Of a DNA stretch of 64,000 nt, positions 10,080 through 21,361 are shown piece after piece; position 1 is the stretch's first letter, and the number at the start of each line of letters is the position of its first letter. The DNA lies in the NCBI GenBank assembly GCA_009103225.1, contig RHPI01001311.1, forward strand, positions 1 through 64,000. Reading direction: 5' to 3'. The position numbers and the translations under genes are program-made. The notes under the pieces are model-generated. The model was not told the DNA's origin. It did no database searches and saw only the letters and a list, made by a program, of their open reading frames with translations. This stretch comes from Chlorokybus atmophyticus. Its lineage: Eukaryota > Plantae > Mesostigma and Chlorokybus algae.

Positions 10080-10869
10080 GCATGTCCGGAACAAGGCTCT
10101 GCTTTGGGATCGCCGCAATGTTCCACTTCTTGATCAAGATGTGGTGCAGCCGTGGATCCTCGTTGTAATCGTCGTACTGGATGGTATGTTTTCCTATATA
10201 TGCCACGGCAAGTGCTTAAATGAGTACACATATGTACATTGCATACTCTGAAGTATATGATTACCTGTATACCTGTATTTGCATCAAAGTTGATGATGCG
10301 GCCTGAATACCAGGTGCTCATTCCAGGCCAGTACACCACAACATGACTTGCCACCAAAGCCTGCCCCTCATAAATACTCTCCTTTCGCCAAGCAGCCAGT
10401 GTCGCGACGTCGTCGACGGCGTCGACAACTGTGTTTCCCTACCATCCATCAGAAGTGAGTTGTTCATGTATGCGAGCACTGTTTTGCTGCTTGCAAGGAC
10501 AGTTGAACTCACTCTGTGGTCATGATCATCTTGGGCAGTAGTGGATCTGCCGCGGCCATTGCGTGCGAGCTGACGTCGAACCACATTGCACACCTTCCCA
10601 TCTCGATATGCTCTAGGCCGAGCCCAAGGCAGATGATCCATAGGCTCGCCGTCCCACTCGAACTTAGAGAGCGAGCAATCCAGGCAAGTGCACTCCTCCC
10701 CAAAAAAATCTGGCCTCATGCATTTTGCCAGCAGTCTGCATTGCCTCACATTGTCTCCCCTGGCCTTGTGGGTCCAGCAGGCCTCATAGAAGCCATACTG
10801 CTCACTGTACAGCTTGCACTTGTCGTGGTAACATTGCAGTCGTTTCAAGTTACCACGCATGCTTTGCAT
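10080..10869 (-). CDS. Spliced gene with Cys-rich N-terminus and Tudor-like domain
   Basis: Two inferred GT-AG introns (about 10512-10445 and 10272-10194) give in-frame LVASHVVVYWPGMSTWYSGRIINFDANTGKHTIQYDDYNEDPRLHHILIKKW, matching the plant-type Tudor pattern VYWP-x3-WY-x-G-x-I...GKH-x-I-x-YDD. 3' end unresolved. Confidence 0.75.
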
Positions 10870-11050
10870 AAGCTACACACTTTGACGCCGCGCATATTGC
10901 CGCCATACTACCACGCAAACCCTAGTAGCAGATGCATTTCACAGAAGCAAGTAGGGAGCACGTACACATATATGGGAGCACGTCGGAATGGAATTATGAA
11001 GCAAAGGAGTAGAGACACTTGAGCGGATCTAGTTTCAACGATCCGGTTCA

Positions 11051-11166
11051 AAAACCCTAATGAAAACCCTAACTACAAATGTTGCGAAACCCTATTCAAC
11101 CCTTGCACACGACCGTTCCTCATAACCAGCTCCTCCACATTGTAGTGGAGGAGCTGGGTATGAGGA
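11051..11166. promoter_or_regulatory. Divergent promoter region: three telo-boxes plus 22-bp hairpin
   Basis: AAAACCCTAA at 11051 and 11063, GAAACCCTAT at 11086. TCCTCATAACCAGCTCCTCCAC pairs with GTGGAGGAGCTGGGTATGAGGA (11117-11166, 1 mismatch, 6-nt loop). Lies between the Tudor (-) and transposase (+) starts. Confidence 0.55.
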
Positions 11167-11232
11167 GTGGTGCAACCTGGAGGTTTGGCTATTACCTAGG
11201 AGTGTTGGTAGTTGTCTAGCTAAGTTTCAAGG

Positions 11233-14200
11233 ATGCCAAAGGACAGGCTGCCGAAGTTCAAGAGATGCAAATGCAAGAGTTGTAAGGGAGCCCGCGTTTA
11301 CAAATACCGCTATTGTACTTAAAATTCTGCGCACAAAGCAGGAGGGCGAAACTTGTGGGGTGGACGATTAGAGCCAATTCTCCCTCGGTATGCTCACCTC
11401 ATTCCATCTCTTGGAGAGGCGGACAGATGTTTTTATCCTTCCACGCAAGTGACTGGGGCGATAGTTTTCGCTGACAATGACAGTCTCCACGCTGCTGACG
11501 TGCTGAACATTTCCACTCCACCACCATGCTTCAGCGGCTTTACTGGCGATGCTTGTGATCTGCAGCATGAGGTGCAAGGTATGAAGTGCAGACTGTAGTA
11601 AATTCTTGGTTTGTATGCCAAATTCGGAATCTAACCCTGCATGTTGTTGACTCTTAGTTGTAATTGCAGATGATGTGGTTGTGATTGTGGACGACAACAT
11701 AGATATTTCTCATGTTAACAATGGCGGTCAAAACAACGTACCGATCCTTGATAAGTCTCAGGAGCTGGCAGGTGTGAATGGTGATAAGTAGTTTTCTAGT
11801 TTAGGGACACTGACTCCCACGTGGAGGAATATTTCTGTACCAGCAGTATGTTGCACTCACCATGACATTGTGGCACAGCAACGTATTGGTCACCAACACC
11901 CAGCGAGGGAAGTAAGGAGCCTGTTGCAGAACCTGATGCAGCAGTGCCAAGAAAAAACAACCATGAAGTTAAGGCCGAACCAGGTCTTCCATCAAGGTCC
12001 AAGTCCTTGGAACCCATGAAGGATGCAGCAGTCCATACTGAACAGGCCAGGGAGATGTTTGCTGGTCATTTCAGAGACGAAGAAATGCACATGGCCGCAG
12101 TCAGAGATGCGCTATCGAATTTGCGTGAACACCAATTGATTATTGGGTCGCGCACAACTACATTGGGCTTCGTGCTCAGCTTGCTTGCCCTTGCAGAACG
12201 CCACAATGCACCGTTTGCCTTGGTCAACAGCCTATTCAGGTAACGTAGGCTATATAACTTGCCTTGAGCAAATAGTCACCCTGTCAACTTGGCTGCAAAG
12301 TGACATGCGTCCATGCATATTCCTGCACGCTCATGCGCTACCTGAGAGTAACAACCTCCCGAAAAGCATTTATGGCGCACTGAACATGACTGATTTTTCG
12401 AATATGGGGTTCAAGTCATGTCATGCTTGCAGTTGTGACGGCACCGTCTACTACGGTCGCAACGCGCACTTGAAGCGCTGTCAAGATACGTGATGGTTAA
12501 ATCTTTCTGGTCTATGCACTCAGCTTATAGTTATCAATGAACCCATAACACCGGTGTTGCATCAGTGTGCAAGGCCAAGCGATTCAAACGAAAAGCTGGC
12601 AAAAAGGTCCCATGGAAAATTGTACGCTATTTTTACATTGCGGAGGCGTTAAGAGCCATGTTTTAGAAGCCAAGCATTGCCAAATGCATGACTGCCCACA
12701 TGACATCGCGAGGAGCAAATGATGACCCTGTTGTGCAATCTATCCACGGTACTGTTCAATTCGCAACCTTAGTGTGTGAACGTTCTGCTAACTGTATGAC
12801 CATTTGCAGATTTGAAGATTCAAAGATGTTCAAGGAGACAGAGCGGCAATATCCACAATTCAAAGATGAACCAGAAATTGTACGGCTAGCTCTCTTTCTT
12901 GACGGATTTAGCCCCTTCAAAGACCCGCACAAAGGTGGCTAGGTGCATAACCACCAAATTTTTATTCTTCAGTATAGCTGAATGTCGCTAATGAATTGCT
13001 TCTGATGTACACAGGAAACTATGAGCTGTGGTTGGTTGCAGTGTCAGTCCTCAACCTGCCCGTGGACATCATGAACAAGTCAGATGCAACGTTTTTGGCT
13101 GCTGTCATACCTGGACCCAAGCAGCCGGCAACCCTACAACCGTATCTTGAACCGATTGTTGACCAACTGCTGGAGTTGTGGTATGGTAGGTGTTTGTTTT
13201 GTGGGGGTGGGGGGGATTTGAATTCATGCCTTCCTTATGTAGGAATAAAAATGTACGATGCACACAAGGAGGAGTACTTCACGTGCAAGGTCATTCTAGA
13301 AATTGTGGTTCACAATTATCCAGGTGTGTACAATCAATTAACACATGCTGCTATAGCAGTTTAACATGTCTTGACCTCTCTTGACCTTAGTACTGCTCTG
13401 CAGCGCTGTCAAAGGCCGCCATGCGAATGCCTCATGACTCAAAGAGCGGGTGCGCCAAATGCGTTATTCGTAGAGTGTACGTACCTGAGCTGAATAAAGT
13501 GATCTACGACAACTATCGACGTTGGTTGCCCCCCGATCATCCTTATCGAACTGATGAGCGCTTTGGTGAACCAAAAACGCGACTACCTCCAGCACAACGA
13601 ACCGCAGAGTCTGTGCTCAGGTGGGTAACTCAGCGTTGCCTACGCGCGAGTCGTCCTTGTCCTTGAGATGCTGTCGGCGTCGGGCATATTTAGCGTTAGC
13701 TGCTTCCACAAGCTGCCTTACTGGATGCCGTTGGCAAAATCTGTGACTTGACATGTCATTGGGCCCATGCATATTTGTGCAAATCTGGCCACCGATTTTG
13801 CAAAGCTCTTATCCGGTGATGGGAGTCATGACAACATCAGCGCACGCCGCGATATTGAAAACTAGGGCAGGATGCCTGAGCTATGGCCCAAGGTATGATG
13901 CATCATCATGATGACACATGCTATGCAGCAGAGCGCATACGGGATGTGTCATGTCCTTGTAGTTGATGCTAACAACATCGCATGCAGACGAAGGTTGTTT
14001 ACAAGGATGATGAGGAGGTTGAGGTCACAGAGCTGCCCAGAGCGCCATGGGTGATCGACACAGATGATCTAGATGAGTTGATAGACGCGGTGAAGGTTTC
14101 GAGCAATTTTGGAGCAAAGCTACAGTCATTCTCCAAAAATCTAGGTGAGTTGACAGCATAGGATGTGCTTGTCTGTTCCCACCAGCATTGCCACATGACA

Positions 14201-15745
14201 CAACAACTTGCATATTTTCTCGCAATGTGCAACCATATGCAGGGTCCATAAAGTCCCACGACAAGCACAACCTATGGTCTGTTGTCTTCCAGTACGTCTT
14301 GCGCTGTGCACGAGGGATAGGAGCTGAGCAAAGGCCACCATAAACAAGCTTTGTGAGGTCTATCAGCGACTCACGGCTTGGGAAGTTGCACAATCCCAAC
14401 TGGAAGAATTGCGTGTGAGTATGTCAGCAACCATGCCTTCAAGGTCTGTGTGTTGCATCTTGGCGCATGCATAGTTGACATCATTTGTCAAAGCAATTGA
14501 TGGTGTGGGAGGTGCAGTGCGAGGTGGAGCTCTACTTCCCACGCACGTGTCTCACCAGCATGCTGCATTTATTGGGTCACTTGGCGGACCAATGCATGTG
14601 GTTGGGTCCTGTTCGAGATCACTGGGAGTGGGCTTATGAGAGGCTTATCAACTTTGTGAAAAAGAAGGGTTTGGCGCGCCAAGCCATTGAAGCCAGCACA
14701 TGCAGGAGGTGAGTCACTGACTGAGTGAGGTGAGTCACTGACTGATACCTACATGAATGACAAATTGCATGCTAACGTCTGCTTGTGAACAGGTATGCCA
14801 TCCACACAATGGTTAACACGCAGATGGATTACCTGCAGACAGTGTTCCCAACTATCACCTTGAGATCAGGAAAGCAGCGGCAGGATGACAATTTCAGACT
14901 GCTTGGTGCAAAGCGTATCGTGCGGTTCGGGGTCAAGAGCAAGTTGCGCCAGCAGCTGGAGCACTGGCTGGCGGAGAATGACGAACAGTTCAACAGGCTG
15001 AAAAGGTGAGCTTGTGCATCTGCTTGCGAAAAGAAGTGTCGAGTGAGTTATATGCTGTGGATTTTCAGCTCACAAATGAATGTTGCAGAGAATCTGAAGC
15101 TTGAAAGGCGAAGCAGCGACAGCAAAACAGCGGAGCCAAGAGGGCAGGCCAAAAAGCCAACGAGGGAAACTCAATACTGACATTTGTAAATGGAGGCCAA
15201 GTCGACCTCTGACCGATCATGAAGAGAGCCTTCTGAGATTGCCTGGCCAGCTGTTGCGGTACAAGCGTGCCGTATACAAGGACATTGGCAAGTTCAGAGC
15301 AGAGAGTATGGAGTCACGCATGGAGACCATGGACTGTGAAGTCTTTACCATTGGCTATGCTGAGTGTGCAAGCCCAGCAAAAGCAGTGACCTGGTACGGG
15401 CGCGTGCAGTCGTTTGATATGGTATGCATCGCCGGTATTGAGCATCAGTTGGTGAGAGCCAAGTGGTACAACCCTTCGGCTGTCAAGTTTCGTGACGGCT
15501 TCCCTTTGGTGGATCGGCGGAAGCCATTTTACACAACGTCAACTTACATTTCGTGTGATCAGGTGCGATGTGTGTGAAGCAAGTTGCACAGTGCCTTCTT
15601 AATCTCAAACACTTAGATGTGCAACACATCACCAGGTTCGTGGGCAGTGGTTTGAAGGCGTTGATGTAAAAAACAAACACGTCATTGTTGTGTTGACCAA
15701 AGACCGCCGAAGTATTATGCGCAAGGGGATCAAGCGCCCTGAATC
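11233..15745 (+). pseudogene. En/Spm (CACTA, TNP2/Transposase_21-like) transposase exons, degenerate
   Basis: N-terminal C-x-C-x2-C; LALFLDGFSPF; VSVLNLP...AVIPGPKQP...YLEPIVDQLLELWYG; GCAKC; RRWLPPDHPYR; HLLGHLADQCMWLGPVRDHWEWAYER (DUF4218-like); HQLVRAKWY (DUF4216-like). Several stops and frameshifts. Confidence 0.88.
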
Positions 15746-15958
15746 GGTAAGCACATGCTGCACACGCATTGCGGCTTTATTGACACAGGATAACACAATC
15801 CTGTCGGTCTGGTAGGGACCTGGAGAGTCCAGCGGGCAAAGCGATCGGTCGTGGTCCACGCTTCGCGCATGGCATTGGGAGTACAAAAGGTGTCCTCCTT
15901 GTTGTGCTGTGCTGTGCAACAACTTCTACCACACACACACTTTACGTGCTTTGGTAGG

Positions 15959-16345
15959 GCGCAAGCTGACTTTGAAGCTGAAGCTGTCTTCAAGGATGAA
16001 GCTGAAGACTATTGCTTTGTTTTCAAAGATGGTGGTAATGTTGTCTGCTGCGACAAGCAGGGTTGCCTTAAAAGCTACCACCCCCGCTGCTTGGAGAAAC
16101 CACTGCCAAAAGACGAGGAGGCTGAATGGGAATGCCCAAGGCATAGGTAGGCCAATTTTGACAATTAAACTCACATTGTGTGAACCTCATTACGTTGTTG
16201 ATTTCACCGTGCATTTTCCAATGCAGCTGTTACAACTGTGAGCTCCCGGCGGTGCAGCGCTGCGCAACTTGCCCAGTCAGCTTCTGCAAGAAGCCTTCAA
16301 CTGGTCGCACGAAACTCGTTACGTGTATGCGCTGTGCTGCGTTGG
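15959..16345 (+). CDS. PHD-type zinc finger exons (NSD-like PHD with following Cys-rich extension)
   Basis: EDYCFVFKDGGNVVCCDKQGCLKSYHPRCLEKPLPKDEEAEWECPRH, intron, then CYNCELPAVQRCATCPVSFCKK. Confidence 0.85.
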
Positions 16346-16699
16346 AGGAGGGTGCACCTGTCAAGATGCCAAGGCGTCTGCCGAGGAAGGAAGGGAAGGA
16401 GGGTGTTGCTGATGATGTTCCCAAAGTCAGTCAATTGCAAGCGGATGAGAGTGATGCCCGCACGCAGGCACCTGCCCGCAGTGGACAAGGTGTGTATGTG
16501 TTATGTTTGCTTGCTGTTTGTGTACTTATACATAGCCACATAGTGCTAACCAACAATGCGTGTGCGCAGAGGTTGACGCAGAGGTGATTGATATGGTTAC
16601 GGATGAAGACATGGATGAGGCTGCGCTTAGCGAAGACAACAACTTTGGTGATGGCGGTGCTGAGGATATGGTGACTTCACGCGCGAGTGCAGGCCCTTT

Positions 16700-17711
16700 G
16701 GTGCTCGACACCTTTACTATCCAGCAGCAGGTGATTCTCGGGTGCCAATTACTGAACACGACATCGCAACGCTGCAGCCCGGTGAATGGCTCAAAGATCC
16801 CATCATCAATTTTTACTGCAGGTAACTTGATGGCTTGCACTTTGCAAGCTTACTTCTGATTTGGAGAATAATCAACTAACATAGAATCACTATTTCATGC
16901 AATGGTAGGTACTTGCAAGAAGAATGTTTGGAAGGGCGACGAGATCAAGTGGTCATGCTATCGCCCTTCTTTTACATCTTAGCAGCTGAGAGCATCCAGC
17001 GTGTTGCGGGTTGCTCATGGTTGCAGGACCCCTTCAGCTTCAACTACCTTGTGGCACCCGTCAACCAAAGGCAATCACCGTGTGCTCGCGAAATCACAAT
17101 TTGCATGCCTTGCAATGCGTGTGGAACATCTACTCATGACAACAATTGTTGGCAGTGTGCATTGGTCGATGGTGATTGTGTGCAACCCTGGTGGTGAGCC
17201 CGGCAGCGACACGCCTCCTTTCTTTTTGCATCTTGACTCAAAGCCCGGATTCAATGTGAACCTGGATGGGCCGTTCAGGGCATGGCTGGAGTTCATGTGG
17301 CAGCGCGTGCGGCGTACAAGCCCTGGTGATTGGTTCTCACTGGTCAACATGCCATTGATAACACAAAAAGTGAGTGTCTGCACATTGTGCTGCGTTGCTA
17401 CAAGAAGGATTGCTGACTAATGGCTGCAACCATTAGCGCAGGTGCCACATCAGCGGAATGAATCAGACTGTGGTGTTTTTGCCTTGCACTACGTACAGTT
17501 ATTTGCGCAAGCTGTTAGGGATGGTCCTGTCTCACCCACGTCACCTATTGTGCAACAGGTGAGGATACACTGACTTGCTTTAATAGCAGCCATTCTTACC
17601 AACACTTGGTTGTTTTCGCAGATGCATCGCAGGTGGTTTTCAGTGAGGGATGCCACTGAGAAGAGAGGAGCGACTGTGCAACTGCTGGAGATGCTTAGAG
17701 CTGGAGGGTAG
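16700..17711 (+). CDS. Ulp/SENP (peptidase C48) SUMO protease domain, ULP2-like
   Basis: LYYP..GD..VPITEHDIATLQPGEWLKDPIINFY; PVNQSVHWSMVIVCNPG (His); FLHLDS (Asp); VPHQRNESDCGVFALHY (Gln, Cys 17469). Exons join in frame through four inferred introns. Confidence 0.9.
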
Positions 17712-17860
17712 TTGAGTGCTTTGTCTCTGGTTGGCTATTTTTGTATGTTGTCAAAGCCTGCATTGCTGGCTTGAACTAGAGGAACTTTGTGTAACCTAAA
17801 TACAGAGTTTGTGTACTTCAGTGCATGTGGGTGTAGCAGCAATCAACTTGGTATTGCAGC

Positions 17861-18125
17861 CATAACATTTGGGACTTAGACCAATTCACACAACAGCACT
17901 AGGTGACAATTCAACAAGTTGTGAAAGTTGTGAAAGTAGCCACAACATTTTGGACTTAGCAAAACACACACAACGACACTAGGTGTAAGGCTGGACACAG
18001 TTGTGGATGTGGATGGTCATAAGATTTGGGACTCATCAAGAAACACACAAAGACACTGGGTGTAAGGCTGAACGAAGGCTGAACGAAGTTATGGATGCGG
18101 TCATAACATTTAGAGTTAGGGCAAG
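17861..18125. repeat. Four diverged ~80-bp tandem repeats, probable subterminal repeats of the DNA transposon
   Basis: CA(T/C)AA(C/G)ATTT.GGACT recurs at about 17861, 17941, 18018 and 18102, with ACACTAGGTG in several units. Confidence 0.55.
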
Positions 18126-18640
18126 TGATAAAGAAGCAAGTAGCAGTTTATGCCTTGAGTGTGAATTTTGTTCCGCATGGGGCCACAACTCGATTAAACC
18201 CTTTGCCAGCTCGTCAAATTAAACTGGAGCTGGTCCCAACTTGCTTAGGGATTAGAACAAAACTGTGTTGTGAGATCACTATTGCGGAGTTAACCAAGAT
18301 TATATTGTGACTGCAACTCAAAAGTATTATCGAGTTCAAGTCACATTCTTGTTGGGGCCTTCGATCACGGGTCACAAAAGCTGGAGGAGGTCACAACTTT
18401 ATTAGGGATCTATATAGTATAGAGCATTAACAGAGGTTGATGGCAGTTTGTTCATGACATATCCACAACTTAGTTGTGGATCTATTCGCGAGGAAGTGTC
18501 AACGAAAAAGCGCTTTTGTGACAGGCACGAACCGGATTAAGGATGTAGCCATAAGTTAATTAGGGATCTTGCGGATCCCCAACAAACTTTGCACAAAATC
18601 ACGAACAAAGTTGCGGATCCAGCCTGACTTGCCGTAACCC

Positions 18641-20691
18641 ATTTCTGCCGGTGCAGGTGGAACAGCTGGTGCTGCTGGCTTAGCGGCAACAGCAGCAGCA
18701 ACAACCACAGCGCCTTCACCGGCTGCCACCACTGGTGCCTCGGAGTCATTGTCTGCATCGGCGGAAGCCCTCGTAGATCCCACTGCAGCTGCTGCCACAC
18801 AAACCACGACAGCCGCCACCGCTGCCGTTGGTGAAGGTCTCACAGCAACTATCGCTGCAACCTCAGCTGTCCTTGCTGCCGAGTCAATGGCAGCAACCCC
18901 ATCAGCAGCAACCATCGCCGCCGTTGACCCCACTGCACAGCCAACCAGCACTGTGGCTATCACCCAGCTCAGTATCGCTGCCTTGAAAACAACCATGGCC
19001 AGACCATCAACGCAAACCATGGCTGCCACAAAGGCGGGGCCCTCCACGTCCACGACAGCGGAGGCAGCCTCAACCGGCGCAGCTAACGTACCAGCAGCAC
19101 TTTTCCCGCTTGGACCAATGCGTACAGCTACTGGCATGCCAATTACCCCGGCGCACGTTGGAGGTGACTAGGTCATGTGGCGCACCGACGACAATGCCCT
19201 GCTATATGGTGTCGATACTGTCCCCTCTCCATCGTCATGAGTTGGGCCACTACTTCTGCACCCTACGCATCACCGTCAAGACCTCACTATATTCAGGGAT
19301 ATGTACAACCGTTATCGGTCGGCATCGGAGCATGCAGCATTGCTGGGAACACCCAACCAAGAGCGGTCCAACCTGGACCACTTCGACAACTTGAACCCGT
19401 GATCAAAGGCCCTAGCATTGTCAGCAACGCATGTTAATACTCAAAGCACGCAGCACCACATCGTATCACATGTTATTAACATCATATGTGTTGTCCCCAC
19501 AAGTAGGTTTAGGCAGGGGGGTATCCTTTGCCTCCCGCACTGTGCAGCTACGCAATCGACAGCCCACCAGGCTGGCCTCATTCCCTGTCATGATAATACC
19601 GTTGTGATCGACCCAGAGAGGCACACGACCCTGCCAGGCCCGACAGCATCGCGCAGGCCTATGACAACCAGCGTCGACAGCAGGACTCGCCCGACACCCT
19701 TAAAGGGCGAGCCATGACAGTAATCGACGTAGGAATCACTGCAGGTTGGTGGGACATGTACATACGGAGCATCCTAAGGAAACCAACCATTGGCGACGCA
19801 CTGAGAAGGCAACTGGTACGCGCCGTCTACCTCACGCCTATGCCTCGGGTGGAGGAGTGCGCCGACTAGCGTTATCACCCCTCAGCCACATGGGAGGGCA
19901 CACTTGTGTGTGAGGCTGCTCATGCACTCTACTGGACCAACAAGGAGACAGTGGCAGCGATGGAACGCGTTCCTCCACCACCACCAGCAGCTCCCGATAC
20001 TGACCCAACTCCTCGTCGCAATCCACCACCGGCGCCGGCACCACCCGGCCAGGGGCCAGGGCAGGGGGGTGAACCAGAACAAGGGAGTGCACAAGGACAG
20101 GGCACAGCTCCTGCTGCAGGAAGAGGAGCCATGTCAGCCTTGAGGTCCAGCGCTCTTGAGCACCAACCCACCATAAATGCTGTTCCTCGACGTCTCGACG
20201 ACCGCGCACGGCTAAACGCCAACGCCGTCATGGTTGCCAACCAGGGCAAGCATGTGCAGATCAACGGACGTGCGCCCAAGCGTGTCATGCTAGATGGAGG
20301 GGCACAACCATGTATCACCGGCCAACACTTGGCCAAGGCCTTGGGTCTGATAGTAGCGTCGCTGGACAGCTGCCTTTTTGAGATTGACACCGCCACGGGA
20401 GGACGAGAGAGCCCCATTGGCATCACCAAGGAAGTCCTCACCATTACCCTGACTGGGCTGGACCCCACTCACCCCACTCAGCTGGCTCAGTGGTGTGTGG
20501 TCACCAATGCCACCAGCTTTGACCTGCTGGTCGGGCAGGACTTCAGCTACCCCGTAGCCATTGGCATGGACAACTGGACCAAACAAGCATGGTTCAGACC
20601 CGGCTGGCGCAGCGGAGATGGTTCCACCATCGAGTTCATCCCCCCAAACCTGGTGTTGCCCACACGAGCACGCCGTCTTACGGGGGCCACC
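18641..20691 (+). pseudogene. gag-like region and aspartic protease
   Basis: Ala/Thr-rich N-terminus, gag-like helical segment, Pro-rich linker, then VQINGRAPKRVMLDGGAQP...FDLLVGQDF...WFRPGWRSGDG (DTG-like protease motif). The gag assignment is positional. Confidence 0.75.
19419..19645 (+). mobile_element. Solo LTR (227 bp, TGTC...GACA) related to module A, with 4-bp TSD GCAT
   Basis: GCAT at 19415-19418 and 19646-19649. Roughly 70% similar by eye to 25552-25774. Removal joins ..EPVIKGPSI to AQAYDNQRR.. in frame. Confidence 0.8.
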
Positions 20692-21116
20692 TGTTGAAGG
20701 ACTAGCATGCACATGTAGTTGAGGCAAGCATGGACACACAGAGACAGAGCTACCGCCACCAGAGCATACACAAGTCACATCACATTCATATATCACAAGT
20801 TGTCCGCTGGTTCTTATACCAGCCAGCTATACACACGTCTACGTTTGCTAGCACTGCGTAAGCTATACTCAGCCTTTTGACGCGCTCTAAGATGCGTTGT
20901 CTTTTTTACAACTAGAGCTTTCCAACAAGCTCTTTAACGCCCAATATGAGTAAGTATACGCGGAGATTCAAAGCAATTAGTAAGGCTCCAGTCTGGAGTC
21001 CGGAGTCTGGTCCGACGACGCCATCTTGCTAAGTCCGGACCTACTGCTCGTCCCTCCGACCTTCTACTCCTGTGTGGAGAATCGATGCTGATCGTATGTA
21101 GGAGTGACTCTCAACA
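20692..21116 (+). mobile_element. Solo LTR (425 bp, TGTTGA...TCAACA) with 5-bp TSD CCACC; orientation not determined
   Basis: Perfect 6-bp terminal inversion; CCACC at 20687-20691 and 21117-21121. Removal joins ..RLTGAT to ATTAATSPMP.. in frame. Confidence 0.85.
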
Positions 21117-21361
21117 CCACCGCTACAACTGCCGCTACGTCACCCATGCCCTACCCCGACACGCAGGTCACAGCAACCAAGGAGGTGGCCTTGCAATACC
21201 CTGCAGATTGTCGCTGGAGAGCAGTAGTGGAGGCACATGCGTTGCTAGACACAACGCCTTCCTCCACACGCTTTTCAAACTACCATGCAGATGTCCCGGT
21301 TGCAGAGCAGTTCACCGTGGCCACAGGAGTCATTGACATCAGCGCGGCGCGGCGCCAGTAA

